The notes: generated by a model not told the origin, from the letters alone. A stretch of DNA of 64,000 bases from Eledone cirrhosa (GCA_964016885.1 OZ024741.1:59582001-59646000), one strand, 5' to 3'. Positions 1-14,696 are shown, numbered from the stretch's first letter. Program-made: numbers and translations.

Positions 1-2377
1 GAACATAGACGGCCACCAGTCTAAAGGCACCCCCTTCATTATTGTTCACGTCCAGGACCACCAACTTCCCATCCGGGTCCCGGAAGATCGACCTTACTTC
101 GAGATCCAGGCCTTTCCTAAACAGCACTTCCACCCCGCCTCCCATTCCCGGCTGGCTAACGGATGCAAAGATCTGATAGTCGTCGAAAATGGGGGCTAGT
201 GCGCGCGTGTCGTAAATCCTGGTCTCGCTGACTCAATTACATCCATTTCTATAGACCTGAGGTCGTTGAGCAGATGACCCTGCTTCCAGGACGATCCCAG
301 GCCTCGAACATTTAAACATCCTACTCTTAATACGGCCATGTTGGCAGGTTAAACAGAGAGAGAGGAAGGTTTACTTACCTTCCAGGCTCTTGTGACGGTC
401 GGGTTGTTCGACCTCCATAGTTAGTGGGGTTTCTTTTGGGAACCCCTTTAAAAGTCTTGAAGTGGGTTTTACGTTCGAGGTTCCCACGTCCCGAGGAAAG
501 CTGTCTCGTATTTCTTTGAATATGTCGAGCGACATTCGCACGAGAACCAAATCTTCCAGCACGCGAAATATGCTCGATTTAAACATTTCCCCCTCTTTTT
601 GTATATTTTCACTTCGTGCTACGAGGGCCATCAGTTCCTTGTTGGCCCTCCTGACGAGCACGAAGATTTGTATGTTTTGTTGGTGTGATTTTATTTGTTT
701 GCGTGGCTGTGGTGGTGATGGTTTTTTATGGTGTTGTTTCGGTTGTATCTGTGTTTGTTGTGAGTGCGATGTCTGTGGTTTCAGATGTTTGTGTGTATAT
801 TTGTTCTTGCGTCTGTTTCGGTTGTTTGCGTTTGGGGGATTCTGGTAATGGTGATGGTGGTGTTGATGTTGGTGTTATTGGAGAGATGTTTCCGTGGGTG
901 GTGTCTGCGTTTTTTATTGTGGGTGCTTTTGACCTTTGTTGAGTTTTTTTTTTCTTTTTGTGTTTCCTTTTTTGTATTTTGGGGGATTTGGGATTTCCCT
1001 CATCTTCACTACTGGTAGATGAGGGGTCTGTGTATGTATGTTTAAGGTTTTATTGGTGTGTGTATTTTGGGGGGAGGGGGAATTTGATAGCTTTCCTCGT
1101 TTCCCCCCTGGGTGCTCAATGTTGGTGGTGTTTTTCCTATTGGTGTTGTTGTTTGTGGTTTTGCCGGTACAGGTGTTGGTTGTGGTCCTCGCCCCGGCGT
1201 TGGCAGCAGTGGAGCCTTTCGACCCCTTGCCTCTTTCAGCAGTTGAGGGCAGAAGGCTCGCAAATGGGTTTTTTCCCCACAAACAAAACACTGCGGCCTT
1301 TTGACTTCGGTCATAATGTGAATGACAGTCCCATTCTGAAGTCGGATATGGTCTGGGATTGTCTTCACATTCTCGGGCCTGATCTGGAGAAGGATCTCCA
1401 GGTCAACCCCGGACCAGTCCCCTCTGGCCGTTCTGATCACTTCTATAGGGACTGTATCCGTCCCCTCCACAATCACACATCCCAGAAGCCACCACATGTC
1501 AAGTCGTGGTGGGATTCTGGGAATGCGGAGATGGGCCGTACTTTTCCCATGTGGGAGGGGTACATTATGACCTTGCTGGTTTTGCAAGGAGTCATGGTGT
1601 GTTTCATCGCGAGGGCTTCTGACTTGAACAACACCGAAATGGTGCCGTACTGTCTGCCCCTCTCTATGTACTGGATGTCTTCTCTGATGCACCTCAGCGC
1701 GACTTCGATATCTTCTTGTGTGATTAACGCTGCGCTTTTGGTTTGTGCTGAGATGCATCTATAATGCACCGTTTTGCGCCCCACTGCCTCAATAGCTTCT
1801 ACCGGGACAGTTAAGTTGGCTCAAGTTTGCTCTTGCTTGATGAGCTTCTATGCCTGGGCCAACTTTTCATCTTTGTTTGAGAGGTCCATGTTGAAGCATG
1901 GCCTCTTTTTTGCTGCTGCCGCAGCGAAAGTGGTCTTGTTTTCGTTGGGGGTGTTGTAGTCGTTGTCGTTGTTCTTTCTTATTGGTGTTGTTGTTAGCAC
2001 TGTCACTGTTATCATTGTTGTCTTTGTTGCCACCGTTGTTCTCGGTGCAGTTGGTATTGTTACTGTTGGTGTTGTCGCTATTTGTTTTCATGTTAGTGGT
2101 GTTGATATTGTTGTTGTATTTGTTATTTTTTTTTTTTTGTTATCTGTATTTTCGTTGTCGCTGTTACTGTCATTTTTTTCAAAATTAGAGTTCTTATTGG
2201 TATCATTGGTGTCTTTGTTTACCTTGTTGTGGTGGTGTTTGTGTTATCAATGTGTGTTAATTTCGCTGTAGCGCTCCTCTCAACTTCTACGTCGTTGTCG
2301 CATATTTAACAACAAATAATTTAAATAGGCAAATAAAGCGACTTACTGTGAGCGAGCAAAATACGTCCGCTTAGACC
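1..2377 (-). mobile_element. L1/Tx1-clade LINE, 5' portion (5'UTR, frameshifted ORF1, start of ORF2); runs off the window edge
   Basis: ORF1 pieces with CCHC knuckle CFVCGEKTHLRAFC, stop at 371-373. ORF2 ATG at 339 reads MAVLRVGCLNVRGLGSSWKQGHLLNDL (APE endonuclease start). 5' end abuts (AAT)n at 2378. Confidence 0.9.
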
Positions 2378-2395
2378 AATAATAATAATAATAGT

Positions 2396-2475
2396 AATTG
2401 TTTCTACTCTAGGCACAAGGCCAGCAATTACCCAGTGCATTACTGGTACTTTATTTTATAGACCCCCGTAAGGAT
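2396..2475 (-). mobile_element. tRNA-derived SINE (Nin/Deu-like domain), 3' fragment
   Basis: Matches the 3' part of the fuller copies at 14697, 16709 and 50034. Confidence 0.75.
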
Positions 2476-2485
2476 TAATAATAAT

Positions 2486-3856
2486 ATGTATGCAATTTGG
2501 TATTAGTAAGTGTGGAGTCCTTCTGATGAAGAGGGGTAAATTGAGCAGAAGCAAGGGAATCCAGGTACCAACAGGTGAGATGATAAAGGAAATTGATGCT
2601 GAAGAGGGATACAAATATTTAGGTGTTCTGGATGCTGATGACATCAAGAACAAAAAAATGAAGGAACTGATAAGATCTGAATACATTCGGAGAGTAAGGA
2701 GCGTACTAAAGTCACATCTGAACAGTAGGAATGCCATAAGTGCAGTAAATTCCCGAGCTGTGTCTATTATTAGGTACAGTGCGGGAATTCTGAGATGGAA
2801 TGTTGCTGAACAAAAAGAAATGGATAGGAAGACTACGAAGCTATTGACTATCTACAACATGTTCCTCAAAAGGAGTGATGTCGATAGACTCTACTTAAGG
2901 AGATCTGAAGGTGGAAGAGGTCTTATCAGCATAGAGGACTGTGTTCAGATGGAGAAAAACCTACACAAATATGTGACTGATGGTAGGGAGCCAATGCTCA
3001 GAATTGTACTGAAGGAGAGGACAATAGACCAGGGGATCTCCAAGGAGGAAATAACAACAAGAAGAAAGAGCAACCTTCATGAAAAATCCCTTCATAGTAC
3101 CTTCTTTGAGAAAACGGAATTAAGAGATCCACAGACATGTAACTGGTTGAGAAGAGGAGACGTTAAAAAGGCTACAGAGGGAATGCTAATGGGTGCGCAA
3201 GAGCAGGCCCTCAAACGAAGTGGCTGAAACACCATATTTACAAGGAGGAGGCTAGCCCACTGTGCAGGATCTGTGGAGGGAGAGATGAGACTGTGGATCA
3301 CATTGTATCTGAGTGTAAACACTGGCACCTATGCAAAGTAAACAATTTACCACATTCTGAGAAGTGGTATGAGCATAAGCCAGAGTCGGTGATAGAAAAC
3401 GATCAGGTGAAGGTGTTATGGGATTTTAGGATACAGACGGACAAGAAACTGGAACACAATAGACCTGACCAGGTGGTTTTGGACAAGGAAAAAATATCGT
3501 GCCTGATTGTGGATGTGGCCTGCCCATTCGACACGAGAGTGCAAGAGAAGGAGAGGGAGAAAATTAACCGATACCAGGACTTAAAGTGGGGGGTAAAAAT
3601 GATTTGGAACTGCCATGAAGTCAAAGTGGTCCCGATTGTCATAGGCGGACTCGGTACTCCCTCAAAAAGTTTCCAGGGATGGTTAAAGAAAATTGGACCC
3701 GCCCCGTTTTTTGGAACACTTCAAAAGGCATGCTTGCTGGGAACAGCAAGAACTCTCCGATACGTCCTGACTATCTGAGGCTGCAGGTAGTGGCTTAATA
3801 TTCATTTCAACAAACTTTCCAGTTAACTAACATCAATGACTGAGACTCATAGAAAA
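2486..3856 (+). mobile_element. R4/Dong-clade LINE, 5'-truncated and disrupted (RT C-terminus, Zn knuckle, restriction-like endonuclease)
   Basis: YKYLG motif; CRIC..ETVDHIVSEC; RPDQVVLD..VDVACP..EKINRYQDL (PD-D/ExK RLE); stop at 3778; followed by (TAA)n. Confidence 0.9.
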
Positions 3857-3890
3857 ATAATAATAATAATAATAATAATAATATTAATGA

Positions 3891-6800
3891 TTTCTTTATT
3901 AACCACAAGGGTTTACATTAAGTAGACATTAAGGACAGTGCAGGACAATACAGGACGGTACAAATGGGCATTTCTGCGTGTAAAAAACAAAACAGAGGAT
4001 GTAACAAAAAAATAACAATGAAAAATTCCCCAATAAGGGGGGAGACTTCCGAGGGACATTTGTGGAGAAAGCCCAGTAAAAGGCCACAATGACCCTGACC
4101 ACCAAGGCAAGTGCCCTCTCCCAGTTTTCCACCTTTAATTTACAGATATATACTCAGAGTAGGCCCATTCACTCGAGCCATTCTTGCTTCTCTCACCCAT
4201 CTTTCAACAAAATACTGGGAAAAGAGCACTTCCCTCTCTACTCTGATTTTCCTTTTCAAATAAAATTTGAAAAAGTCAATCAGAGCATCACCGAAGAGGT
4301 AAGTGCTCGTCTTCAGCCCTTTCAAACGTGTCCACCATACTATCTCTTTCGCCATGGCCACCAGACAGATAAAAACTGCCTGCCCTTCCCGGCTAAAGGA
4401 GGAAGGCGGGGCAATCCTCACGATGGACTCAGATGATAGCCGGATCCGTCCTAAACGCGACAGCAGGTGTTCGACAAGTCAGAAATTTTCGGACACTGGA
4501 CGGTTTCGTCGCCCTGCGCGTATCTCGGACATGCCCGGCTGTCGGCACCCCCATGCCTGTAGAGTTTATCCCGAACTGGCAAGGCTCCTCGGTAGCACTG
4601 CCAGGCCAGAGATTTCTGGAAGTTGTCCATAGGCCCTGGCCCGAAAGTTCTTCCGAAGAGATTGGCTAGTTGACTTTCGTCGACGCCTAGAGTTTCCCCA
4701 AGTACGTCGTCGCTCTTCCCCTCCACTAATCCTCTATATAACGCCGAGGTGGAGTTTCCACCGATCACATTGCCCGATTGGTCGAGGGCTGTGAGCGCCT
4801 GAAGACATTCCAGTCTCCAGGCGCTCCCTCCGGTCTTCGCTTGACCCAGGACTGCAGCTCCGTCAAGGAAACGAGCTGGGGAAATACGTGTCTAGCAAAC
4901 GGCGACCACACCTGATCACCGTCGAGGAAGAGGTGGAGATGTCGTAGCCTGAGCGCGTGCCTGCGCATCATCAGCCACGTCATGCCCAGCCCTCCACGTA
5001 GCGGGTGTTGACAACAGATGGACCGCCTGACAATCGGAGCGCGTCCCTTCCACAAAAAGCGAAAGAGCAAACGCTCCAGCGCAGTCAGGCGGGGCTTAGG
5101 ACAAGGTACGACGGTCAGGCAGATGACGGACGCAATGTACGTCACCCTGCTCGTCACCTCGTCCCAGTGTTTGTCCGTCTGGAGGTCCGGACCGAACCAG
5201 ACCCCTAGCAATTTAATCGGTCCGTCTGTCCAGCGTCCGACGACGCTGTTGGGCGGCATGGACCTGCCTCTGCAGGTGCCGAGCTGCAGGCCCACTGACT
5301 TTTCCTGGTTGATCATTGCTCCTGTCACCGCTTCGTATTCTCTTCGATGTGTTTGGCGTTCGACACCACTACGGTGACATCGTCCGCATATGCTGACACG
5401 GATCTTCCGCATCCTAGTTCGCGCGGGACGCCCCTCAATGTCTCCAGTTTGTGCAGTAATGGCTCGAGAGTACAAGAGGGACGAGAGGGGACATCCTTGG
5501 CGGACAGAGCGCATGATGTTGAACGGTTCCGACAGGTGACCGTTCACTCTCACCACAGAGCAGATGTCGCTGTGCATGGCAGCGATCCAGCCTCTGAAGA
5601 CAGGCCCAAAGCCAGCCGCCCTCAGGACTGCCGCTAGGTAACGATGGTCGACCCTATCGAAAGCTTTCGACTGATCTAAATTGATCAAGGACCCACCCGT
5701 GCCAGGTTCCCTAGCTACACTCTCTACGATGTATCGCATGAGGTGGAGGTTGTCGTGGATGGATCTGTCGGGAATGACGCATGTCTGCGCCTCTCCCACC
5801 AGACCACCAACGACAAGTGCCAACCTCTTTGCTAGCACCTTGGCCAAAATCTTGAACTCTGTGTTTAGCAGAGTTATGGGCCGGAAATTATCTATGTTAT
5901 CCCCCTTGTTCGGATCCTTTCTCAGCAGTGCCACCGGTCCTCGGCTCACAGAACTGGGAATTCTCCTGTTCTGTTGCCAGTTGCAGTAGACGTCGCCAAG
6001 AGGCCTCCGAACAAGTCTGGCATCTGTACGTAAAGTTCATAGGGCAGACCATCCAAACCAGGCGATTTACCCCGAACTTTTGAGCGAAGTGTCGCTGAAA
6101 AGCTTCACACATTTGCCCGGGATCGAGTAGCATGCGCCCGTCGTGGTCCACCAAAGACCGGATCGTGGCTTTGTTGCCACGACGCGCCTCCGCCACTCGG
6201 GCCCATTGAACGGCTTTCGTCCCCTCGTGTCTGAGAGCACGCACCCTAGCTCTGACAACGCAGCCTTCGTGCTTTGCATTGAAGAATTGGTCAAGGGCCA
6301 ATTTCGCCGCAAGTACGTCGGTCGCGATGCCTTTGCTAAGCGCCTCATCTAATTTTCTAACTAATTCTCCCTCTGCTCTGTTTTTCTCTATTGCTAAAGT
6401 CTTACTAAACCTAATGGACTCTATTCTAATTGCTCTTTTCAGAGCAAACCACCACTTGTTGTTGACGATGGCCCCCGTCAACGCCCGCTTAACTAGTTCG
6501 CTAATCCGGTCTCTGTAGGCCTTGCGCGCTGGTAAGGACGCGTTTAGCTTCCAGTAGCCGGGTCCTCGTCTATGAAGCCTATCTAAGTCAAGCACACAGA
6601 TCACGAATTTGTGGTCCGTGTAGCTGACTATCTTGAATTGTGGACAGCCTATGCTAGACCTATCTATTTCCCTACAAAATACTCTATCTAGATATGATCT
6701 GGATGACCCTATGCGATTTGTCCAAGTCCTCATTGGTACATTCGGGAAATCCATTCGGTACCTGTCAGACAGTTCAAAACGTCTGAGCAGGTTGGTGAGA

Positions 6801-9527
6801 CTCTTGCACCCTCCTTCCCTATCCACTAATCCCACACAATCCCAGCGTGCATCTAAGATCCCGTTCCAGTCGCCCACTAACACTAAAGAGCGGGACGTTC
6901 CAAGAAAGGTCTCCAGACGCCGGAAGAAATCAGGCAGCCCTGCTCCTGTCGGGGCATAGACGGCCACTAACCTGAAAGCTTGCCCGCCTCCGCTGGTCAC
7001 GTCCAGCACCACGAACTTACCTTCTGGGTCCAGGAAGATGGCCCGTATGGCAAGATCCAAACCTCTCCGAAAAAGCACAGCAATTCCTCCCCCCGATCCC
7101 GGACGGCTGGGAGATGCGTACACATCGTAGCCGCCGAAGATCGGTGCGAAAGCCTGTGCTTCGGAGATTCTGGTCTCGCTGATGGCCACTACATCTATGT
7201 TTAGTGACCTGAGGTCGTTGAGCAGGTGGCCCTGCTTCCATGACGACCCCCAAGCCACGTGCATTTATGCTGCCTATTCTGAGTGAGGTCATGTTGAAAA
7301 GGAGTGGAAAAGATGGGAAAGACCACTTACCTTACTTCTCGTAGGGGAAGGACGGCTTTTCCATCCTTTTCACTGCTTGTGGCCTCGTCAGGAAGGATGT
7401 CCTTATAAATCTTCCTGGAGAGTGCTTGTCGGAAGTCTCCGATGTCTTTGGGGAATTTTTTTTTTAGTGTCATGTACGTTTTCTGTGTGATGCGAGTGAT
7501 TTGTATGTGTGGAGGTGGTGTGAATTTTGGGGTTGTTGTGTAGTCTTTTTCTGTGATGCTGGTGTTGTGTTGGATGTAGTGTAATAATTGCTTGTTGTTC
7601 AAATTTAATGCTGTGTAGTGTGTATCGTTTTGGTTGTTTTGTTTTGTTTGCGTTTGTTGTGGGTTTGTTTCTGTTTCGCATTTTGGTGACTTTTGTGGTG
7701 TAGGTGATGGTGGTGTTGGAGTTAATGATGGTGATGGTGTTGGTGTTTGGGTTGATGGGGTTGGTGATGCTGGTGTGGATGGTGGCATATCTGTCCTAAC
7801 TTTTTTGTTTCTTAGTTTATTTGTTTCCCTCTGTATTTTGTTTTTGGAGGGGGAAGGAAGAGAATTTTTTCTTTTTTGGTTTCTTTTTTTTTCCGGATAT
7901 CGTTTCCCACTCCTCGTCGTCACAATCTGTCTCCAGTTGTGATAGGCCGGGGAGTGGAAAATCCTCCACAGCCGTTAGTTTTGGTTGTGGTGTGGTGGAT
8001 GGTGTAGGCGCTGGTGCTAGTTCTGAAGCGTTGGGTGGTGGTGGTGTTGGTTTTGCTGGTGGTGGTAGTGGTGTTGGTTTTGCTACTGTTGCTGGGGTTG
8101 TTGCTGTTATAGTTGCTTCTGTTGTTGCTGCTACAGTTGTTGCTGCCATCTCTGCTACTGGTGGTGTTGATGGTTGTGTCACTGGGCTGGGTAGGAGAGG
8201 TGGCCTCAACCTTTTAGCCTGAGGGCAGAAAGCCCTTAGGTGGGTTCCTTCACCACAAACGACACACCTAGGTCTTCTGCCCTCGACAATTACCGTGAGG
8301 TAGCTGCCGTCAGTGAGGTCTATTACCTCTGGGATCTCCTCAATGCTTTTTTGGTCCGCTTGGATCAGGAGCTCCATCCCAGATCCGGTCCAGTTTTCCT
8401 GCTTTTCTTTTGCTACTGCTATTATTTTCGTGTTGGCTTCGATGCCGGTGAGGACGGCCGCTATTAGCCAGGGAATTTCGATGGCCGGTGGAACGTGGGT
8501 CACCCTGATCTTTACGAGTCTCTGGCCACAATAGCTTGGGACGAGTGTGAGGTCGTCACTTTTCAATGGGGCCATGGAGTGTTCTCTAGCCTCCTCTGGT
8601 GTTTCAAAGAACACATCCACGGTTCCATACTTTTGCCCACGTCTGATGCGGGTTTTTCTTGCCCACACATGTCCCAAAGCTTTTTGGATTTGGGACTCGG
8701 ATGCCCGTTCCACTCGGCGCGATTTTACATTTATTGTTCTATACGACACGGTGCACAGGCGCCGATGTTCCATTTTATTAGGTGGGGGGGGGGGGGGGGG
8801 GTGAGGCTGACCCTGTACCCATCTTTCTTTACCATTTGTTTGGCATTTTCTAAATCTTCTTGAGTTACCGTGAACGCTTCGAATTGTTTTGCTACGATGG
8901 CGAAACTGAGGGTCGGTTTTATAATGTCATTGTTGTTGTTGTTGCTATCGTTATTTGTGTTAATCTTAATTTTTGTTTCAGTTGTGGTGTTGGTGACGTC
9001 ATTCGTCTTTGGTGCGGAAGAGTCCATTTTGCTTGATTTCATTTGGACATCACGAGTTAATTTATTTTTTCTTCTTTTGTTTCTGTTGTCGCGGTGGTGG
9101 TGGGGGTGGTGGTTGTCACGGTGGTGGTGGAGGCTTTAACACCTGCAGTCATTGGTAATGGCGGGAAATGAATGTCTGCCTGAGACAAATTTAAAATATT
9201 GCTACTGCTTATATTTTTTTTTGTGTTGGCAAACGTAGTAACATTTACAATGGTGGTGTCGGTGTGAGGTGTTATTTTGTGAGGAAGGCTTTCAGCTGCT
9301 TCGTGCAGAGGGGAATTAGCCATTTTTTTCAAAGAAACTTTTGGATAATAATAAAAGTTAAAATTTTGGGCACAAGGCCCCAATCTTTTTGGGTGTCCTT
9401 TTCGGAAAACAATGTATGTGTGCTTATAAACAGTTAATAAAATTTTCCATAAATGGCAATTTTTAACAAACGGAAATAACAAACCTTTGCGGAGCTCACG
9501 ATGATACGATGTACTACGTAGGTCGCC
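3891..9527 (-). mobile_element. L1/Tx1-clade LINE, near full length, with frameshifts and internal deletions
   Basis: ORF1 about 9323-7327 with CVVCGEGTHLRAFC. ORF2 7292-4140 with APE (ISET, VYAP, GDWN, YLDR, DH) and RT (FRPITLLN, DQSKAFD, VRQGCPLS). 3' AATAAA. (AAT)n on both sides. Confidence 0.95.
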
Positions 9528-9640
<113 letters not shown>

Positions 9641-10104
9641 GGGAAGAAGACGCACGAGGTGGTAGAAGGTCATGAAATCGCTCCCGTAAGTTTTTGATTT
9701 TTAACATATTTAAATCAATTGTGAAATAACAATTCTTAGTACAAATAATGCATAAACCACCGAATCAAGTCTCATAAAATTTCGGATCCATAATATATTG
9801 TTATATCGCTCAAATATTCAATTTTGTATTATATATTTTATATTCAAAAAAAGAAAATGGTTATAAATGGAAGAAAATGCCCTCTGTCTACACTATATAG
9901 AACAGTCAAATAACAGCCATTTCACCAACACCAGAAACTTGATACACCACCTACCCCATCACCCCACTGTGTACACTAAATATAACAGCCAGATAACGGC
10001 AATTTCACCACCACCACCACCAATCCCAGCATCATAATAATAATTACTACTATTATTGTCTCAAGTTTTAACAAAATGTTTAATTCCAATTTTACGAGAA
10101 TATC

Positions 10105-10240
10105 TCAACACATATATTAAACATACGCGACACAAACGCAGAGATACTACAGATCAAACAAAACTAGTCTATTCAACACATATATTAAACATACGCGACA
10201 CAAACGCATAGATACTACATATAAAAAAAAAACTAGTCCA
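10105..10240. repeat. Tandem duplication, about 68 bp unit x2
   Basis: TCAACACATATATTAAACATACGCGACACAAACGCA at about 10105 and 10173. Confidence 0.85.
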
Positions 10241-10640
10241 CTCAACAAAACTCAGTAACGACAACGTCACCGCCGCCACCACTCCATCCATCATTGCTAC
10301 CTCTACCCCATCACCGCCGCCACCACTCCTTCATTGCTACCACCACTATTCCCCTGTTAACTTAAGAAAGAGGAAGGTGGCGGTATCACTAGACAAGGGA
10401 GAGGCTAGCAAAAGATATAAATAGATTGACTTAGTGACCTGGCCACCGGCCAAACGTCAACAACTATGGCACTGCTGGCTCCCCCTTCCTCACCAACAAT
10501 ATAAAAAAACCCAGCACCACCACCGACATAGCCAACAACAATAACAGGCAACTTCAGCAAAAAGTATATTATATTATTGTAATGCACTGGGTGATTGCTG
10601 GCGTTGTGCCTGGAGTGGAGACAATTATTATTATTAATAA

Positions 10641-13600
10641 TTTCATTCTTAAGCCAAGCAATGCTCACATTAAGGAACCACTCATGATAATAACAATTTA
10701 AAAAAACAACAAAAAAGAAAACCCCGTGACCAAGAAATATAGGGATGGCGGCCGGCGGGTAATAGCCGTGTCTCTAGGGGAGAACGACCCCTCTAGTCTT
10801 GGTTGACACTCGTTCTAGAAGTGGTAACACGAAATGATTACCCCTTGGCGGATAAGGATAAAACGCGACAAAATAAAGTAAATGTCTAATGATAAAATCT
10901 CATACCGGATCGGCCGTCACCCGGGTAAAAAAGGGCCGCGTCCCTTAGAGAGGAACCAGACTGGGGTCGAAAAATCAGCTAATGGTTCAAACCTTCCCAT
11001 CACTTCGGAGCTGGAGACCTCCCATAACCGGAATACTCCTACTGTTGGCCCTCCATGCTCACCACCAAGAAATCCAAAGAAAAAGAGAGAAAATGGTCAA
11101 GGGAAGATAATAAAGAAGTCCTTGAGGCTTTCTACACTGCCATGTACTACCCATCAAATACATCGAATACAGAACAGACATATATCAACTGGAAAAAGAA
11201 TCATCCCGAAAACAGAGGCTATATTGACAGTAACAAACTAGCCAATATACGAAGAAATATTGTAAAAAAAAGTTACTAACTGATATAGAAATTGATCAGA
11301 TCAAACTATTAGCACAAAGTTAGCGAAGGGAAAATGAAACATGTGTCAGTGAAAACGAGGTAAATTGTAACACTTCGAATCCCAGGGTTGGGGCGGAATC
11401 ACTGGCAACAGAACAAATTAAAGAAAGGATCGAAAAAGTGGAAGGAGTGCATGCTCAAGATGAAACTCCAAATAAAAATAATGAGATCGTAAATGATAAA
11501 GAAATGAATGAGAATGAACTTGCCAACTTGAAAGATGAAATTATGATCGAATGGATGAAAATGAAAGAATCTGACATGGGGCAACGAGACACCCTCCCTA
11601 AGATCCAGAACTCCAAACAGAACCAAAAGATAATACACAAGACTAACATAATTCTCAAAAACATTATCATCACAAACAAACTAAACATTACTGATTTAAA
11701 TCATCTCTATTATGCATCGGCTAAAGTCACCACTCACTATGTGGAGTGAAGATGAAAAAACAAAGGAATTCCCACAAGAAATCTACTTGGCAAGAGAACA
11801 TCAATCGCCAAATAAACCTTCTCCGATCTGACATAGAAATTTGAACAAACTATAAAGTAGGTGAACATGTTAAACAAACTAAACTTAGAAAATTGAAAAG
11901 AAAGTATAGTATAAAATCAACAAGTGACATAGACATGCTGATAGAAATAATCAAGCAAAAAGTGTCGGCCAAAGCTGCTCGTATAAGGCGCTTTGAAAAA
12001 CGATCTAGATTCTATAAGGACAATAATATGTTCAAAAACAACCAAAGAAACTTCTACAGAAAAATTGGTAAGTCAACAATAACTGCTAAATCAATACCAC
12101 CCAAGGAGGAAGTGCAAGAATTCTGGGAAAAGATCTGGGCCGAAGAAAAAGTTCATAACATACATGCCCCATGGATAGACAGACAAATAAAATATACAGC
12201 TCACCTTGAGGAACAAATATGGGAAAACATAACAGTTGAACAGTTGCGCTTGGCTCTAAGAAAAACCAGCAAATGGAAATCCCCAGGAAAAGACAAAACA
12301 CAAAATGTTTGGATAAATGCCTTCACAGAGTCTCATGAGCTGTTAGCCCAACTTTACAATGAAATAGTTAAGGAGCCAGAAAAGATACCATCATGGCTAG
12401 TTAACGGCATTACATTCCTGCTTCCGAAGAATGATGAGACAAACAATCCCAAAAATTACAGACCGATAACTTGCTTGACCACAATGTATAACATTTTAAC
12501 ATCTGTCCTAACTGAATACACATATGACCACCTGATAACAAATGACCTATTTCCCATTGAGCAGAAAGGGTGTAAACGAGGCTGATATGGCTGTAAGGAT
12601 CAGCTTTTGGTTAACAAAATGATACTGGAAGATTGTCATAATAGACACAAAAATCTATCAATTGCTTGGATAGATTATAAAAAAGCATTCGATAGTTTGC
12701 CACACAGTTGGATTGAAAAATGTTTAGAGATTTTCAAAATATCCCCCGTTGTCGGGAGGTTTTTGTCATTCAGTATGAAGACATGGAAAACGACACTCCT
12801 TTTGAATAGTGAAACAAAATCACTGGAAGCTGGAGAAGTTAATATTAATTGTGGAATTTTTCAGGGTGACTCTTTCTCACCGCTTTTATTCTGCATCGCA
12901 CTTATACCATTAAGTAAAATGCTCAGTGAAACAAAACATGGATATAGAGTCTATGACAAAACCATTAATCACTTGTTCTACATGGATGACCTGAAACTAT
13001 TTGCAAAAAATGATGAACAATTGCAAGGGCTATTATCCACTGTGGAGCAGTTCAGTGATGACATTAAAATGGAGTTTGGACTAGATAAATGGGCCAAAGC
13101 AACGTTCACCAGAGGAAAGCTGCTGAAGAGTTCAGACATTAATCTTGATCGGGGGAACGTGATAAGAGAACTTGATCAAGAAAAAACTCACAAATATCTA
13201 GGTGTTTGTGAAGGAGACGGAATCAATCACTCGACAATGAGGCAAAGGATAAGGAAGGAATGTTACTGCAGAGTAAGAGCAATCTTAAGAACGGAATTGA
13301 ATGCAAGGAATAGGATCGATGCCATAAATACGCTTGCCATACCAGTAGTAACCTACAGTTACAATGTCATCAACTGGTCAAGCCCAGAGATCCGTAGGCT
13401 CGATACAAAAATTTGAAAATTCTTAACCATGCACAGAATGCATCACCCTAAGGCAGATATAGATAGAATATATCTCCCTAGGAAAGAAGGAGGACGTGGG
13501 TTAGTTCAGTTAGACATTGCGTTGAAAACTGCAACAATTGGATTATCTACATATCTAAGGGAATCACAGGATTGGATGATCAAACTCGTTTTGAAACACG

Positions 13601-14680
13601 AAAGCATCAAAAGATCATATTCCATTACAAAAGATGCACAAAGATACAGTAATGGACTACAAATTTCAGAAGTCCCATTTACTGCTGAAATGGAAAACAC
13701 AAAAAAAGCAAAGCAGGTAAAAGTAACTGAAAAGAAAGAACTGCTACAGAAACTGGCTAACACATGTAACACATGGCAAGAAAAGCCTCTGTATGGAAAA
13801 TACCCAGAACGAGCTAACAATCCTGATGTTGACCAAACTTTAACCCATCAGTGGTTGGCATCCTCTGGACTGAAATAGGAGATTGAAGGACTGGCTATAT
13901 CAGCACAAGATCAGTGTCTACCAACAAAAAATTATCAAGCCAACATAATAAAAAATGGATGCAACCTATTATGCCGTGTATGTAAAAAACCACCAGAGAC
14001 CATTGATCATATAATTTCAATGTACAGTCCTATAGCTCCAACCGAATACCTAAACAGGCACGGCAAAGCTGCACAATACATACATTGGGTAATGTGTAAG
14101 CATTTTGCCCTGCCCCATTAAAAGAATTGGTGGGAGCATCAACCACGTCCCGGACTTGAAAAAGATCACAACTCAATCTTGTAGAACATTAGCATCCAAA
14201 CAGAACGAAAAATAGATGCAAATAAACCTGATATAATACTGAAGGACTTTAAAAAGAGGGTATGCCTGCTAATTGATATGTCCGTTCCAATAGACAAGAA
14301 TGTATCTATAAAAACATTTGAAAAATTGAGCAAGTATAAGGACCTGGAGATAGAAATTGGAAAAATGTGGAAATTGAGAACTAAAACAATACCAGTGGTT
14401 GTAGGCGCTCTAGAAATGATACCTAAGGGGTCTAATGATAGCTTATCGCAAATCCCAGGAAACCCGCGTATAGGAGAAATATAAAAGCTATTACTAATGG
14501 GAACTGCCCATATACTAAAGAAGATTCTGTTAATATAAATACCTCACAGGTCTAAACACCTAAAGATACATGTATGTGTGTATGTGTTCTTTCTTGAATA
14601 TGGCGGACCTTGTTGTCTCTTGCGGTCACTGGCTGTTACTTGGTGATAACTCGTATGAACATAAAGCAAGATAAATGAAA
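10641..14680 (+). mobile_element. R4/Dong-clade LINE, near full length, single ORF inactivated by stops and frameshifts
   Basis: N-terminal RKWSREDN..YINWK..LANIRRNI; RT motifs NYRPITCL, EQKG, DYKKAFDS, GIFQGDSFSP, YMDDLKL; CRVC..ETIDH knuckle; KPDIILKD..IDMSVP..KYKDL RLE; (TAA)n tail. 5' boundary uncertain. Confidence 0.92.
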
Positions 14681-14696
14681 TAATAATAATAATAAT

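Noticed and set aside
958-1764. Long plus-strand ORFs antisense to Tx1 ORF1 (also 61632-62225)
   Set aside because: G/T-rich antisense strand is stop-poor; not conserved between copies.
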